Part shown: in pieces, positions 27,371 to 40,329 of the stretch | Layout: each line of letters starts with the position of its first letter | How positions within the stretch are numbered: position 1 is the stretch's first letter | Assembly (NCBI GenBank): GCA_951406725.2 | Contig: OX597826.1 | Coordinates: 42,780,001-42,844,000 of the forward strand | Length of the DNA: 64,000 nucleotides | Source: Octopus vulgaris | Taxonomy: Eukaryota | Reading direction: 5' to 3' | The notes under the pieces: model-generated | Seen by the model: the letters and a program-made list of their open reading frames with translations, nothing else | Told to the model about the DNA's origin: nothing | Database searches by the model: none | Program-made: the position numbers and the translations under genes

Positions 27371-27458
27371 ATGCAGCAGAGGATTGCTCTGCATTTAAAT
27401 TGATGTAATGATTGCATTGTTCAATTAAATGGACTTGCTTGAAATGATCGTACTGCAT
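27371..27458 (+). ncRNA. Hammerhead motif in right arm of inverted repeat (core mutated)
   Basis: ATGCAG-CAGAGGA-...-GAAAT-GATC-GTA-CTGCAT; inverted copy of 27143-27230. Confidence 0.55.
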
Positions 27459-27611
27459 TACCTCTGGATATCCTTGTTGCATATTTTGATTTTAATCACC
27501 TTATTTTGAAATTGTATGGATAATACCGTACTAAATTCTGGTGCCTCAACTTAAGTACCATATTCATCTGAATCTATATATATATCGCGTGTGTATCGTT
27601 GGCAATTTTTT

Positions 27612-27646
27612 GTTTCTGATGAAGAACTCCGCTCGAAACGTTAAAT
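27612..27646 (+). ncRNA. Minimal hammerhead ribozyme motif (AACGTT type)
   Basis: GTTT-CTGATGA-A-GAAC-tcc-GCTC-GAAAC-GTT-AAAT: canonical core, one stem II mismatch, palindromic AACGUU in place of stem III. Confidence 0.6.
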
Positions 27647-28008
27647 CCTCCTTCTTTCTTTCCTTTCCTGAGCGTCTAATAGCACTATACTTGTTCCATG
27701 TCCTCGCGTTGTTGTGTTTTCTCTTTGTGTTTTCATGTTTGGATTAACTATATATATATATATATATACAAATAATATATATATATATATATATATAATA
27801 ATATTGATAATATGTATATATATATCATATAATATAAAGTGGTAGTGCATGGCTGCAGTCCAATAACTGAAACAAGTAAAAAAGAAAAAGAACTTTATAC
27901 ATAAATATATATATATATATATTAGAGAAATAAAATATATCTTTTTAAAACATATAACTAGATCATAAAAATTATAAAAATGAATAATCAAAATATAATA
28001 AGTAAAAA

Positions 28009-28110
28009 AACTACATACGTTTCATGGCTATAATTAAATTCAAATTACAACTAAATTTAAAATTTAATCGAAAATCAATTCAATTTAAAATTATAGTCAC
28101 TCTTCAGGTT
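28009..28110 (-). ncRNA. Minimal hammerhead ribozyme motif with long stem II
   Basis: Minus strand AAC-CTGAAGA-GTGACTATAATT...AATTATAGCCAT-GAAAC-GTAT-GTA-GTT: canonical core, GUA triplet. Flanked by inverted repeats (~27925-28000 vs ~28110-28190). Confidence 0.7.
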
Positions 28111-29220
28111 ATTATATATTGATTATTCATTTTTATAATTTTTGTGATCTAGTTATATGTTTAAAAAAAATATATTTTATTTTCTATTTATGATTTCGTT
28201 ACCAACCTGGCCAAAACCAGCTCTGACTCTGTAGTACAAATGTCTTGTTTTCATAAGTTTTGCATTAGAATATACCACCAAACCTTAGTCGCAATTTATG
28301 TTCCTAACACTTGTTTAATGATAACTAAGTAATTTTACTAAATTCTTTGTTATATTTAAAATAATTGAAAGAAATACAGAGCATCTCAAAATAAATATAG
28401 TAACGAAAGGGTTAAGCTGTAAACCCATGTAAATGACTCTTGGAACAAACGTTTCATGAGTTGCTCTTATCAGACTTCAAAAGTTATTATTTATCTAAGT
28501 TTAATTAGTACAATACACGAAATTTTGAGATTAAGTCACTTATGTAACTTTAGTGATAAAGGTATGTTTGTCTGTTTGTATGCATGGGTGTTTATATAAA
28601 TGTGTATATCTATATTTGTATGTGCTATTTATGTAGGTATGTTTGTATGTAATAATTATGTATTTATGTGTTTACTTTTGTATGCAAGTATATATATGTA
28701 TGTCTGCCTGTATGTAAGTATATATGTTTGTATATACACTCACATGTATGTGTGTGTGTGTGTGTGTGCACATATATACACAAGATAACAATGTTATTTT
28801 TGTTATTAGACTTTCTACTGGTCAAGAGAGCAGAGATAAAAAAAAACACACGATTAATACATCATTTGTTCACACTTACACTAAAAAAGTACATATGAAC
28901 ATACATACACATGCACACTTGAATACACGTATACTCTTGCATGTGAATAGTTTTTAACACATGCACAAATACATTTTCAACAAATCCTAATCCCGTACTT
29001 CCACGCACACACATAGATGCACTCATGCAAACATAACAACAGAGAAGCTGGAGATGATGGTGGTCAGCCTCTAGTGACATTTTTATAGGGTGGCATTTGG
29101 GTATGCCATATAAATCTACATAGCCTGTAATGCTGAGATGGTTGGGTGGCAGTAAACTCAAGAGTTGCTATCAGTGGCACACACTCTTGCTATGTTACTG
29201 TACATACATAGAAACTTAGA

Positions 29221-29720
29221 TAAATTTCTTTATTGGCCACACAGGGCTAGACACAGAGGGGATAATTACAAAAAAAAAAAAAAATAGGGACAACGATCAA
29301 TATGGATTGAATTCGTTGGGGATATATGCAAAAAATGTTGAAATAGTACAAAAAGTTCCAAAGAAATGGGGAAGTTTATCTGTGGAAAGAAAAACCTACA
29401 AAAAGACCACAGTAACCTCGGGCAATAACGTCACATATTAACATATTTATTTACAAATAAGTAACTCTCTGTTTTAAATTTTTACAGTTCATAGGATCAT
29501 GCTCAAGGTGGTGGCTTCGTCATTCATACGTGCCATCCTTGCTACATTTACCCATCTTTTTTTGAAACAGTCGCTAGACAAAACTTCCCTCTCTACTCTC
29601 AGTTTCCTTTTCAAGTGATACTTGAAAAAGTTGATGAGAGATTGACCAGAGAGAAAGGTGTTTGTCTCTAATCCTTTCAGACGCATCCACCAGATACATT
29701 CTTTCGCCATAGCTACAAGT
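29221..29720 (-). mobile_element. L1/Tx1-like LINE 3' end; second copy at ~32795-33125
   Basis: AKECIWWMR...FFKYHLKRKLRVERE...FKKRWV resembles Tx1/L1 ORF2 termini; T-rich 3' UTR ending GCCAATAAAGAAAT. Confidence 0.6.
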
Positions 29721-32435
29721 ATTATGAAAGTAGCTCTTCCTTATGAATGCATACATACTTCCATACATATATGCAATCTTACATGTATGTATGCATGTAG
29801 GAATCATTTTTGCATCATGGGATCAAAACAATATCTGAGCATTCATTTAGGTGATCTACTTGTCAGGCAAGTGCTTCGCTCTGAGACTGTGTGCAGAAAC
29901 CAAAACAATTACAGCATGGAAGACCTGTGGTCAAAGATATTCCAGCTGTCTTAATTATCCCCAGGTATACTTTGTCTGAACAAATGCACGATCAAAGTTG
30001 TTCTGGCTACGATTATTTTATTGTGCTCAGCCCCAAAGACATTCCAGCTATGACCATGTGATTGAAAAGAAATATTGTCAGTTGTTCCAACCATGGCAAT
30101 CATGTCTTTTTTTTTTGGTTTTTTGATCATTTTCAGGTAGAGTGTATTTAAGGTTATTTTTTCTTCGGCTCATTTGTCCCCTTTTCTTTTTAACACAGTA
30201 GAATATGATTTGAGGGAGGTTAAGCTGTTTTTTTTTCTTGTAGGTCAATAGAGGCAATCTCAGATATGAGCAGATGCTGAAAGATTCCTGGCTTTAAGAG
30301 TATTGTGAAAGACCTGGTTGGAGTAGCGATCTTCTGAAAAACTGAAGAGTTACTGCAATAAGTGTGTGAATCTAAGATGGGAATATCATCGTCGTTCGTC
30401 GTTTAGCGTCTGTTTTCCATGCTAGCATGGGTTGGACGGTTCTACTGGGGTGTGTGAAGCCAGAAGGCTTCATCAGGCCCAGTCAAATCTGGCAGTGTTT
30501 CTACGGCTGGATGCCCATCCTAACGCCAACCACTCCGTGAGTGTAGTGGGTGCTTTTTACGTGCCACCCGCATAGGTGCCAGACAGAGCTGGCAAATGGC
30601 CACGAACGGATGGTGCTTTTTATGTGCCACCGGCACGAGGGCCAATCATAATTAACTGATTTTCTTGTATTTTCTTTTACCTAAAGCCAGGAACTTTTTG
30701 GCACCTCCTCATATATGAACAGCATTCTAATATGGGTCTAGGACATTTGTGTCTCAGCTATAAGAGCAGTATTGTAAATTTCATTTTAAGATTGTTGTAA
30801 AAGTGTTCCATATCCAATATTTACAGTTGTCACCTACTCTTCCCTATCTTCTCTACTTATCATCACTCAATACTTGTTCTTCCTTCTTTATATTCACTCC
30901 TCAACCACTTCCCATCTCTTGCAACCTCCACCTACCCACACTACTGGTTCTTCTGCCTCTCCACCTCTTAACTTGAGAGTTCACACACACACACGTCATC
31001 CCCACTGTTTTATTTCTTCTTAGCTCTATCCATAATCATATATATCCTCTCTTTTATAATGTGAGTAGCCATGTAGCTCCTCCACAGCAAGAAAGCTGGA
31101 TTGCTCTGGTCCTTTCTCTCTCATGCTTTAATCCTTCATCTCCAATCTGCCAGCTTATCAGATCCTGTCAACCTGTTCAACCCATGCCAGTATGGGTCAT
31201 GGATGTTAAATGGTAACAATGATGATGCAATATTAGTAGTGCTCTCTCATATGCAAGTGTGTATATGTATCTGTAACGTGGTCAAAGGTGGTGTGTGTGT
31301 GTGTGTGTTTAGTACTGTGTCAGATATGTGAGCAGTAGTGTAATCATCATCATCATCATCATCATTTAACATCCGCTTTCCGTGCTAGCATGGGTTGGAC
31401 GGTTCAACTGGGGTCTGGGAAGCCAGGAAGTTGCACCAGGCTCCAGTCTGATCTGGCAGTGTTTCTACAGCTGGATGCCCTTCCTAATGCCAACCACTCC
31501 GTGAGTGTAGTGGGTGCTTTTTATGCGCAACTGGCACAGGTGCCAGGGGGAGGCTGGCAGCGGCCACGATCAGTTGGTGCTTTTTACGTGCCACCGGCAC
31601 AGAAGCCAGTCAAGGTGGCGCTGGCATCGGCCACACTCGGATGGTGCTTTTTACGTGCTACCAGCACAGGTATCACAACTACAATTTCCATTTGATATTT
31701 ATTTTCATGTTGATGTACTTGACTCAATAGGTCTCCTCAAGTGGGTTTTATTTGAGTTTAGTAGATGGTCATTATCTGGTAAGAACTGACGTAGATTCTG
31801 GCTCTGAAAAAGAATCCTAGTTTTTTGAAGAATGTAATTTTGACAATATTAAGTATGTGATGTCATTGTGAAAGGTTACTCTGAGAGATCATCATAAAAA
31901 GTCATCAAAGATTGTGAAGCTTAGCATTTTTGAGAAAACACTACAACTGTTGTTAGTTTAAGAACTTGAAGTGAAGTAAAATTTTGTTTGTTTTCTTTCA
32001 TCCTTTTGCTTGTATCAGTCATTTAACTGCGGCCATACTGAAGTACTGTCTTGAAGGGTTTTTAATTGAACAAATTAATTTTAATCTATTGGTTTCTTTT
32101 GTGGAAGTGCTAAGTTATGGGAACATAAACACACCAACACCGGTTGTCAAGCAGTGAAATATAGAGTCTTCTACTATGACCCCAGGTCGACCAATGTTTT
32201 GTGAGTGAATTTGGGGGATGGAGGCCATGTAGAAGCCTGTCATGTTTGTATGTGTGTGTCTATGTTTGGATGCCCAACCGTTCGACTTCTGTTGTTGGTT
32301 TGTTTACATTCCCTTAAGTTAGCTGCTTGGCAAAAGAGACTAATAGAATAAGTGCCAAAGTTGAAAAATAAGTACTGGGGTCGCAGTCTTATAACAGAAG
32401 CAGGTGCAAGATAAAAGATATATATATATATATAT

Positions 32436-32473
32436 ATTTGACAGTTGGAAACTGTGTAGGAGCCATTCATCTC

Positions 32474-32504
<31 letters not shown>

Positions 32505-32537
32505 GAATGGCTCCTACACAGTTTCCAACTGTCAAAT
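32436..32537. repeat. ~35-bp perfect inverted repeat around a TA-rich loop, inside a SINE
   Basis: TTTGACAGTTGGAAACTGTGTAGGAGCCATTCAT ... ATGAATGGCTCCTACACAGTTTCCAACTGTCAAA. Confidence 0.85.
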
Positions 32538-33538
32538 TCACTCACAGGGTATTGATCGGACCAAGGCTATAGCAGAAAATACTTGACTATGGTATCGCAC
32601 AGTGGGACCTGATCCCGAAATCAAGAGGTTGCAAAACTAGCTTCTTAATCACAAAGCAATAATAATTTTAAAATAATCAATAATTAAACGAGCCTTATTC
32701 ATTGTAAATAACCATCCCCATCCATTCTGGAGCCAGTAAAATTTTCCTTGGGCTAGAGGCAGAAGCTGCATAGGAGGCTCCTCTGTCAGGGACTCTTCTT
32801 TATTAGCCACACAGGGCTGAACACAGACGGGACAAATTACAAAGTAGAGCTTTTCTTTTTGGGGAGGAAAAAAAAAAGTGGGGTAGGTTTTCGATCAAAA
32901 GGGATCGTAGAAAGAAAAAAAAACGATCAATAGGGATCGTGTATCACAGGAATGTCATTATGTAAAGTGTAAGGGGGGAAGCTGATAAGGTTTATCGATG
33001 GAAAGAAAAGCCTACGGAAAAGACCACGGTAACCTCGGTCATTAATGTCACATGTTAACACATTTATTTGCAAGTAAGTAACTCTCTGTTTTAAATTTTT
33101 CCGGGTTCATAGGATTATGCTCAAGGTGTCCGAAACTGTCAGTTTCGATACCAAAGTGAGCGTTAACAACACACACGTTTTTAATTGCACATCGTTAAAA
33201 AAAAAAGGGGAAAAAAAATTCTGCAGCCAGAGCCAATTCTTCGTCATAGTATAATCGATGATCGATGTATCTATTAAACGAACATACAGTACTTAGATAC
33301 AAACACGCAACCAACCAATCAATCATTTTTTTTTTAACACCTGTACGATCAATATCTACAGTTGTAAGCGCCCCCATCCCGCACGCTGCCCTCCAATTCG
33401 ACTTTCAACTAAGTACAACACAAATACACGAATTGTAGATTTTTGATCATATGAGTTTTCTATCATGCGACTCCGATTTTATTAAAGTGGGTAGGGGTAG
33501 TGCGTTCGTATTCACTATATAGGAACACACACAGACGC

Positions 33539-33572
<34 letters not shown>

Positions 33573-33743
33573 CATGTGTATGTATGTCACACACACATAA
33601 AAATTTATAATATGATAGTGGGGTAGATGTAATGTCCTTTACTCACACACACTGTGTGTGTACAGATACCTCCACACGTTACATAGTACATTCACACACA
33701 CACATACACGATTACGATAGTGACATATCCACACGCATACACA

Positions 33744-33850
33744 CACATGTGACTATGTAGATAAAACAGAAAAAAGAGGGAGTAACGTCATAACAGCCGG
33801 AACAAATAGTTTGTTATAAATACGAGCCTCTCTGACGGGGAGATATTACT
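33744..33850 (+). promoter_or_regulatory. Putative GM2A core promoter
   Basis: TATAAATA at 33815-33822 (~130 bp before ATG), ETS-like CCGGAA 33797-33802, CRE-like TAACGTCA 33783-33790, E-box CATGTGAC 33746-33753. The region looks richer in CpG than most of the window. Confidence 0.5.
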
Positions 33851-33946
33851 GCTTAGACATCTGCTCTTTCAGTAACAGCGTATACTATTGTCACGATAGG
33901 CTTTGTTTGTCAACACTGATATTTTTCATAGCAGAAGACAAATACC

Positions 33947-34057
33947 ATGAAGCTCTTATTGTTATCGTGTTTGGTAGGCTTCTGCTTGGCAGATAATGTC
34001 TTAAGATATCAACTCCATCGTCCTGCACAGGTCAACCTGGAACGTTTTAGAACATGG
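33947..34057 (+). CDS. GM2A: GM2 ganglioside activator protein, coding exon 1 (signal peptide + N-terminal extension, 37 codons)
   Basis: ACCATG start; MKLLLLSCLVGFCLA-D is a hydrophobic signal peptide; the exon ends at TGG followed by donor GTAAGT (34058), phase 0, in frame with exon 2. Confidence 0.85.
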
Positions 34058-34231
34058 GTAAGTCACTCTCACGATGCCGTTCTCTCTCTGTCTATCGTTG
34101 TCTCCGAATCGACTTATCTATCTCTTTGAAATATTAGAATCTTCACTACTCCTGGCAATCTATCCGTCCTTAACAGGCTACCGGTGCTTTGCATTTCCTT
34201 TCCTTACTCTTGCTTATAATATCCTCTAGAG

Positions 34232-34432
34232 CAGTGGTTTTTAACCAGGGTTCCGCCAGTACAGTGCAGGGGTTCCGCCAGAAGTTACAAAACTGCTAAA
34301 ATCGGCAGTAATTTTTAAGTCTCCTCTGCAGATATGTGTACATAAGACTATTAAATTATTGCACAGGGGTTCCTCGAGCCAGTGGAATGTTTCCTTGGGG
34401 TTCCGCTCCAGCAAAAAGTTTGAAAAGCACTG
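34232..34432. mobile_element. hAT (Charlie-type) MITE in GM2A intron 1
   Basis: 8-bp TSD CTCTAGAG at 34224-34231 and 34433-34440; TIRs CAGTGGTTTTTAA / TTGAAAAGCACTG. Confidence 0.9.
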
Positions 34433-35897
34433 CTCTAGAGGATCGGAAGGCACTGAGAGGCAGTCAGACATGACCACTTACGTAAGTGGTGGCCTTTTCT
34501 GCTCGACTGCTTCTATCTGCCACACCTTATTCTTTTGTGTAGGCTTTATTTTTTCTGCAGCACATCGGTGGCTTATTTGTGTACTAACGTAAATGGAAAG
34601 AAAGGTACCCAAACATCTACATAGTCGCTCGACATGCTAAAAAGTAGCAGTCAAAATTCCCCCCAATCCACACAATATTTTTCAGAACTGGCACATTGAA
34701 TAAGGCAGTCTGAGATACATAATTCCTTGTTGGGATGTTGCTCGAACAGGATTGATTTGGAGCCAAAAAAAATAACTCGAGTGAATGAAGTTTCATAACA
34801 TTCTTCCTTTCTATTTTTTTTTTTTTTTCATAATAACCGGCTATTCGACACTCGCCCCGATATCAGAAGCTGGTCAGCGTTAATTATACCATTATCTCGG
34901 CTACTGTCGTGATATTTGGACACTTGGCGAAGAGTCTACCATGATCTCTGTTTCATTTTCGAATCCCTATTCCTGTTATATATGCAAACAAAAATTCGCG
35001 ATAAAAAAATATACGTATATTTTCGTTTACGCATACGATTACAGTAAAATACTTCAATCTACATACAACATTTGATTAATTAACATAAGATTTTACTTCA
35101 TTAGTCAATATAGATAGATTAATGGAGGAAAAGGTTTTTTTTTTTTTTTTTCGCCAATCATCATTTCGGAGATTCTACTAATGTAAACAGAATATGTATT
35201 GGAAATTCACCAGTTTTCATTCATTCAGAACCATGGTACCACATGCCCTTTTCACATTCTGATTCTACAATACTTTTTCTTCAACACATAGACATGCTTT
35301 TATATAATAGTTTTTTAGTAATAGCCACATATATATTTTAAATATTGTAAATACAAATAATATTTCATTATTATTATTATTATTATTATATAAGATTTCT
35401 GTATTATTATTTTTTTAACTGACATTGAAACTAACTAAAAATAATCTAAATGAAACGGTGAATAATGTAATTCCTGGGTGGAAGAGTGGAAGAGAAGACA
35501 GGATGGTTATAAATGGAAATGCTATTGATTACAGATTAAGAAGCAACATAAATATTAGGGGACATACTTCCAGAAAGGACATGATATTGAGGGACACCGG
35601 CCGAAAGTAACGCTTTTCAACCGGTGCTGATGGAGAGCCCCTACCTATAAACCTTACAAAGTCGTGAAATTAAAAGATGCGAAGAATCAATAGAAGATAT
35701 TTCTGTGGTATAGCTTAGCTCATGGAAACTTAGAAGCTCAGTCAGTCTTTCTCAAAGCAGCAGCGCTAGTAATAATTAACGATGTGAAAAGTTCTCACGT
35801 CATTAATTATTACTAAACAACAAATTCCTCTTCCCACCGAGACAAGGAATGTGATGTTTCGGCAATGTCCCTTTGTCTGGGAAAGAAAAGAAAATTG

Positions 35898-36670
35898 GGC
35901 AGAATTCTGGTTTAAGCACCCCTTATAACCCCTCATAACTTTTTATATATTTTTTTTAATTTTCAGAAAATTTTTGTGAATTTGTGTTCTATACACGGAA
36001 TTTTATAAGAATATTGGAAAAAATTTGCGTGATTTTCGGGCGACTTAACCTGTTATTTTTAGCACATTTCACGACCACCTGATACCTTCCTCATTTCTTT
36101 GTCATTTTGACATGTAGTGATGTTTTTCAATATTTTTCTCCCCATAAGCATATTTAATGATGCACCGAAGAATGGTCAGTTGTTGGTATTTAAGCAAAAA
36201 ATTCGGACTACGTATTTTTTCACGCTAAGAGTTGCCGAAGCATGGAACAGACTGCCGGCATCAGTTGTTAGTTGTCGGAGCACTGCATCCTTCAAAACTT
36301 CCATGCTTCCTGAGATTCGCCAACACTACACCTGATTCCCCCCCATACACACGCAAGCATGTATCTGACTCATACACTGTTCGCTTTCCAGACATTTGTA
36401 CATTACTGCATATACTTTATATGCACTTTTGACAAGTTGTGGTGCACCTGAGCACTGTATACAATAATTTCATTATTGTTATTTTTAAACTCAGATTTAA
36501 AAAAAAAAATATTTGAAGAAGAGTGGAACTTTTAGGATTTGGTGGTAGTGGGGGGAGGGAGAGAGAATTTTTTCTCATAATCGTATGAGGAACACAAATT
36601 CACAAGAATTTTCTGAAAATTTCAAAAAATAAAAAAAAAAGCTATGGGGTGCTTAAACCTGAATTTCGCC
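35898..36670. mobile_element. Long-TIR MITE/foldback element containing a LINE tail
   Basis: GAATTCTGGTTTAAGCACCCC / GGGGTGCTTAAACCTGAATTT and AATTTTCAGAAAATTTTTGTGAATTTGTGTTC / GAACACAAATTCACAAGAATTTTCTGAAAATT inverted pairs. Confidence 0.7.
36213..36480 (+). mobile_element. Short 3' tail of the second CR1/L2-like family, inserted in a MITE
   Basis: FFTLRVAEAWNRLPASVVSCRSTASFK + 3' UTR closely matching ~59090-59340. Confidence 0.8.
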
Positions 36671-39600
36671 ACCTTTTTTTTCTGTCTCACTTGGACGAAG
36701 GTTCAATCCTGAAACAGCTGATACTTCTTCCCACTTCTGATATGAACTGCACTGCATAATTTTTACCAACGCAGACCACCATCGGTTTGTTGGTTACTAC
36801 AAATGGTTTCCCTCCTCTCTCTTTAAATGTGCCATGCCAGCAGGCGTTTGTGATCATAGATCCCCATGCCAAAGTCTGAAGATTTGTGATGTTTTTATGA
36901 GGAAAGATACAGCTGTGGTTTCTTGCTGTCTTCTGCTGGTTTATTTCCAATTTACCCTGCTTAGCCTTCAGACATTGGACTTATTTTAGACTTTAGGTAG
37001 TGGAACTGGTTTACATGACATCAGGGCATGTTTATACACAGGTAGCCTGTGTAATGAATGTCTAGACTCTGATCTTCCTGAGGGCTGGAATGTAGGCATT
37101 TGTCATTCAGGGTAGGTCTCTGGTTTGAGGATATTTTGCTCTTTCCCTCTCACCAGGCTTGAAGTTCCTGTTAAATGTCATGAGCACTGCCTTAACTATG
37201 GGACCACTTGTTATTTGATCCATAACTGGTCCCTGATAGGTACTGCTGCTGTGCTGACTGGAGAGAAAATGTATAAACGGTGTTTAGAACTGGCAGTGGG
37301 AACTACTAAACACCGTTTATACATTTTTTCATTTTCTCTCCAGTCAGAGGCAATGACAAAAGACCGAGACCTCTGAAGATGTGCTATGACTATGAAGACC
37401 TGACAAATAACGTGAGTTCATGCCTGTTTCCAGCACCAGTTTCGCATAGCAGCCCCAGCCCATCCAAAGTACCTTGGATTGCAGGATGGCCTGCTGTGCT
37501 TACATTGGTTTGTAGGGCAACCTGCTGTGCTTGAGGAGACCTATTGAGTCAGATGGAAATTGTAAATGTGATACCTGTGCTGGTGGCATGTAAAAAGCAC
37601 CATCTGAATGTGGCCGATGCCAGCACTGCCTTGATTGGCTTACATGCCACCGGCACGTAAAAAGCACTAACTGATCATGGCAGTTGCCAGCCTCCCCTGG
37701 CATGGAGTGGAACGTAAAAAGCATCCACTACACTCACGGAGTGGTTGGCATTAGGAAGGGCATCCAGCTGTAGAAACACTGCCAGATCAGACGGGAGCTT
37801 GGTGCAGCCTCCTGGGTTCCCAGACCCCAGTCAAACCGTCCAACCCATGCTAGAATGGAAAACGGACGTTAAACGATGATCATGATGATTCTCATTTTAA
37901 AAATCATCTCTGGCTAATCCTTGAGAGGACATTGGTGTTATCTTGGTGGTGTTTTGTGCTCTTGTCAGTAAATAATTTCATTACACGAATAAAAGTAAAG
38001 CAAAACATGTGTAAACAAGAAGAAATAGAAATAAACACCCCCAAAACTAGTCTTTCTTAAAAAAAAAAAACAACCTAAAACATAATTTAACAAAAAATAA
38101 AATCGAATTCTGACATTTTGGTTCAGCCTGACTAAACAGAACTATTGTCAGAAGCACCCCAGCCTTGAACAGCTTGCCTTTCTTTCAGATGTAATGCATT
38201 CATGGTGGAAGTGCAATGGCCCAGTGGTTAGGGCAGCGGGCACGCAGTCATAGGATAGTGGTTTTGATTCCCAGATCTGGCGTTGTGAGTGTTTAATGAA
38301 TGAAAACACATAAAGTTCCACGAGTCTCCAACAGGAGGTGGTCGCGAACCCTGCTGTATTCTTTCACTACAACTTTCTTTATTTTTGTTGTACCTATATT
38401 TCAAAGGGCCAGCCTTTTGACACTTTGTGTCATGCTGAATCTCCCCCAGAACTATGTTAAGGGTACATGTGTCTGTGGAGTGCTCAGCCACTTGCACGTT
38501 AATTTCATGAGCAGGCTGTTCCGTTGATCGGATCAACTGGAACCCTCGTCATCATAACTGACGTAGTGCCACGATGACTGCATTCAAATCTACATTAGCT
38601 TAAGGAAATATCGTTTTTAAGTGCATAGGTTTTAGTAACATCATCATCATCATCATCATCGTTTCATGTCCGCTTTCCATGCTAGCATGGGTTGGACGAT
38701 TTCTGAGGTCTGGCAGACCAAACTCCAATCTGATCTGGCAGAGTTTCTACAGCTGGATGCCCTTCCTAATGCCAACCATTCCAAGAGTGTAGTGGGTGCT
38801 TTTATGTGCCACCGGCACGAGGGCCAGTCAAGGTGGTACTGGCAACGGCCACGCACAAATGGTGCTTTTTATGTGCCACCTGCACAGGAGCCAGTCCAGC
38901 AGCACTGGCAACTACCTTGCTCGAATGTTTTTTCACGTGCCCCCGGCACAAGTGCTAGTAAGGCGACGTAGGTAATGATCACACTTGAATGGTAGGAAAG
39001 TGCTTGAGTAGAAGTAAAACTCATGTATGCATTCTCATACACTTTCATGCACTCAAACATCTACATAGACTCACACACACACACGTATACTTCTTTCTTT
39101 CTCTCTCTCTTCCCCCCTGTCTCCTATACATGCACATACATATGTTACTGGATATAGGTTTAGTTTTTATTTAGTTGGTTGCTCTGGTAATGAACTTTGG
39201 TATTTGTGATTCAGTAAGTAGCCTCAGTGTGGTAGCTTGACTTGCTAGAAATAAGTAAAAAAAAGCTACAAATCATTTTCTACCATTTTAGAATATGGCG
39301 TTCAGGATATACTATACCTGAACAAAAGATGGAATGGTTATGGTTGGAACACTTTTGATTATAAATATGTTCAATCAGGCTGGGTCTGGAACATGTTCTT
39401 TAATTCAGATTCCACCAAGGTCAAATTTGCCTTTCGTTCTTTCAAGATCAATGTAAAGAATTGATCAATCCAGTGTGGTGGATTACAAGAGCTGTAAGAA
39501 TATTAAACACAATACTTTGGGGCTATTTTATTTCTGCTCTTTGTATTCTGAGTTCAAATCTCACCACAGCCTATTTGGGTGATGAGATTAGCCCTGTAGC

Positions 39601-40329
39601 ATTCAGATTACTTGTCAAATGTTATATATTCACATTTTTTATAAAATTAATCCTGTATTATCTTTTAGCTTTGAGATTTCAAAGATGTGATTATTTATTT
39701 TTAGTATGACATTGCTGGGTAAGTGTGAAAGACTGAATCTTACCAGTTTGAACATAAAACAGGTAGAATATTTGGGCCTGGAATGGCTGGTTTAAATGTT
39801 AAAGGGTTGTCCACTTTAACATTACCATCTGATCTGATCCCTAATGGGAAGGAATGTTATATGATATACAGTGGGGGGAAATAAATATTTGTACATGTCA
39901 AAATTCTTTATTTATTTAATTTCTATTGAACATAAATGGGATATACCAATACTATATTTGCATACACATGCACAAACTAAGAATATGGCTCCTGTGCAGG
40001 TGGCATGTAAGAAAACACCACTTGAGTGTGGTCGTTACTAGTACCGCCTGACTGGCCCTCGTGCTGGTGGCATGTAAAAGCACCCACTACACTCTCGGAG
40101 TGGTTGGCGTTAGGAAGGGCATCCAGCTGTAGAAACTCTGCCAGATCAGACTGGAGCCTGGTGCAGCCATCTGGTTCACCAGTCCTCAGTCAAACTGTCC
40201 AACCCATGCCAGCATGGAAAGCGAACGTTAAACGATGATGATGATATATATATATATATATATACATACACATAAATGTATATATATACCCAATGACTGG
40301 TGTAGCAACATTATAATCAGCTGTTACAA

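Larger units (their letters stand above)
27113..27488. mobile_element. ~150-bp inverted repeat element with hammerheads in both arms (Penelope-like end)
   Basis: 27113-27262 is the reverse complement of 27339-27488, with a ~75-bp spacer. Confidence 0.6.

Noticed and set aside
31510-31680. Repeat-spacer pattern resembling a CRISPR array
   Set aside because: Eukaryotic context, no cas genes, spacers are related to each other, and the array recurs as part of the RTE 3' UTR.
34031-34036. Alternative GM2A exon-1 donor CAG|GTCAAC
   Set aside because: In frame but much weaker than GTAAGT at 34058; no evidence of use.
36691-36723. Hammerhead-like TGGACGA-AGG..CCT-GAAACAGCTG
   Set aside because: 5' core has two mismatches, no GUH triplet in register and no stem I; at best a highly decayed copy.
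36687-37200. Possible Penelope RT/GIY-YIG coding relic on the minus strand
   Set aside because: Only vague resemblance; no convincing GIY-YIG or RT motif.
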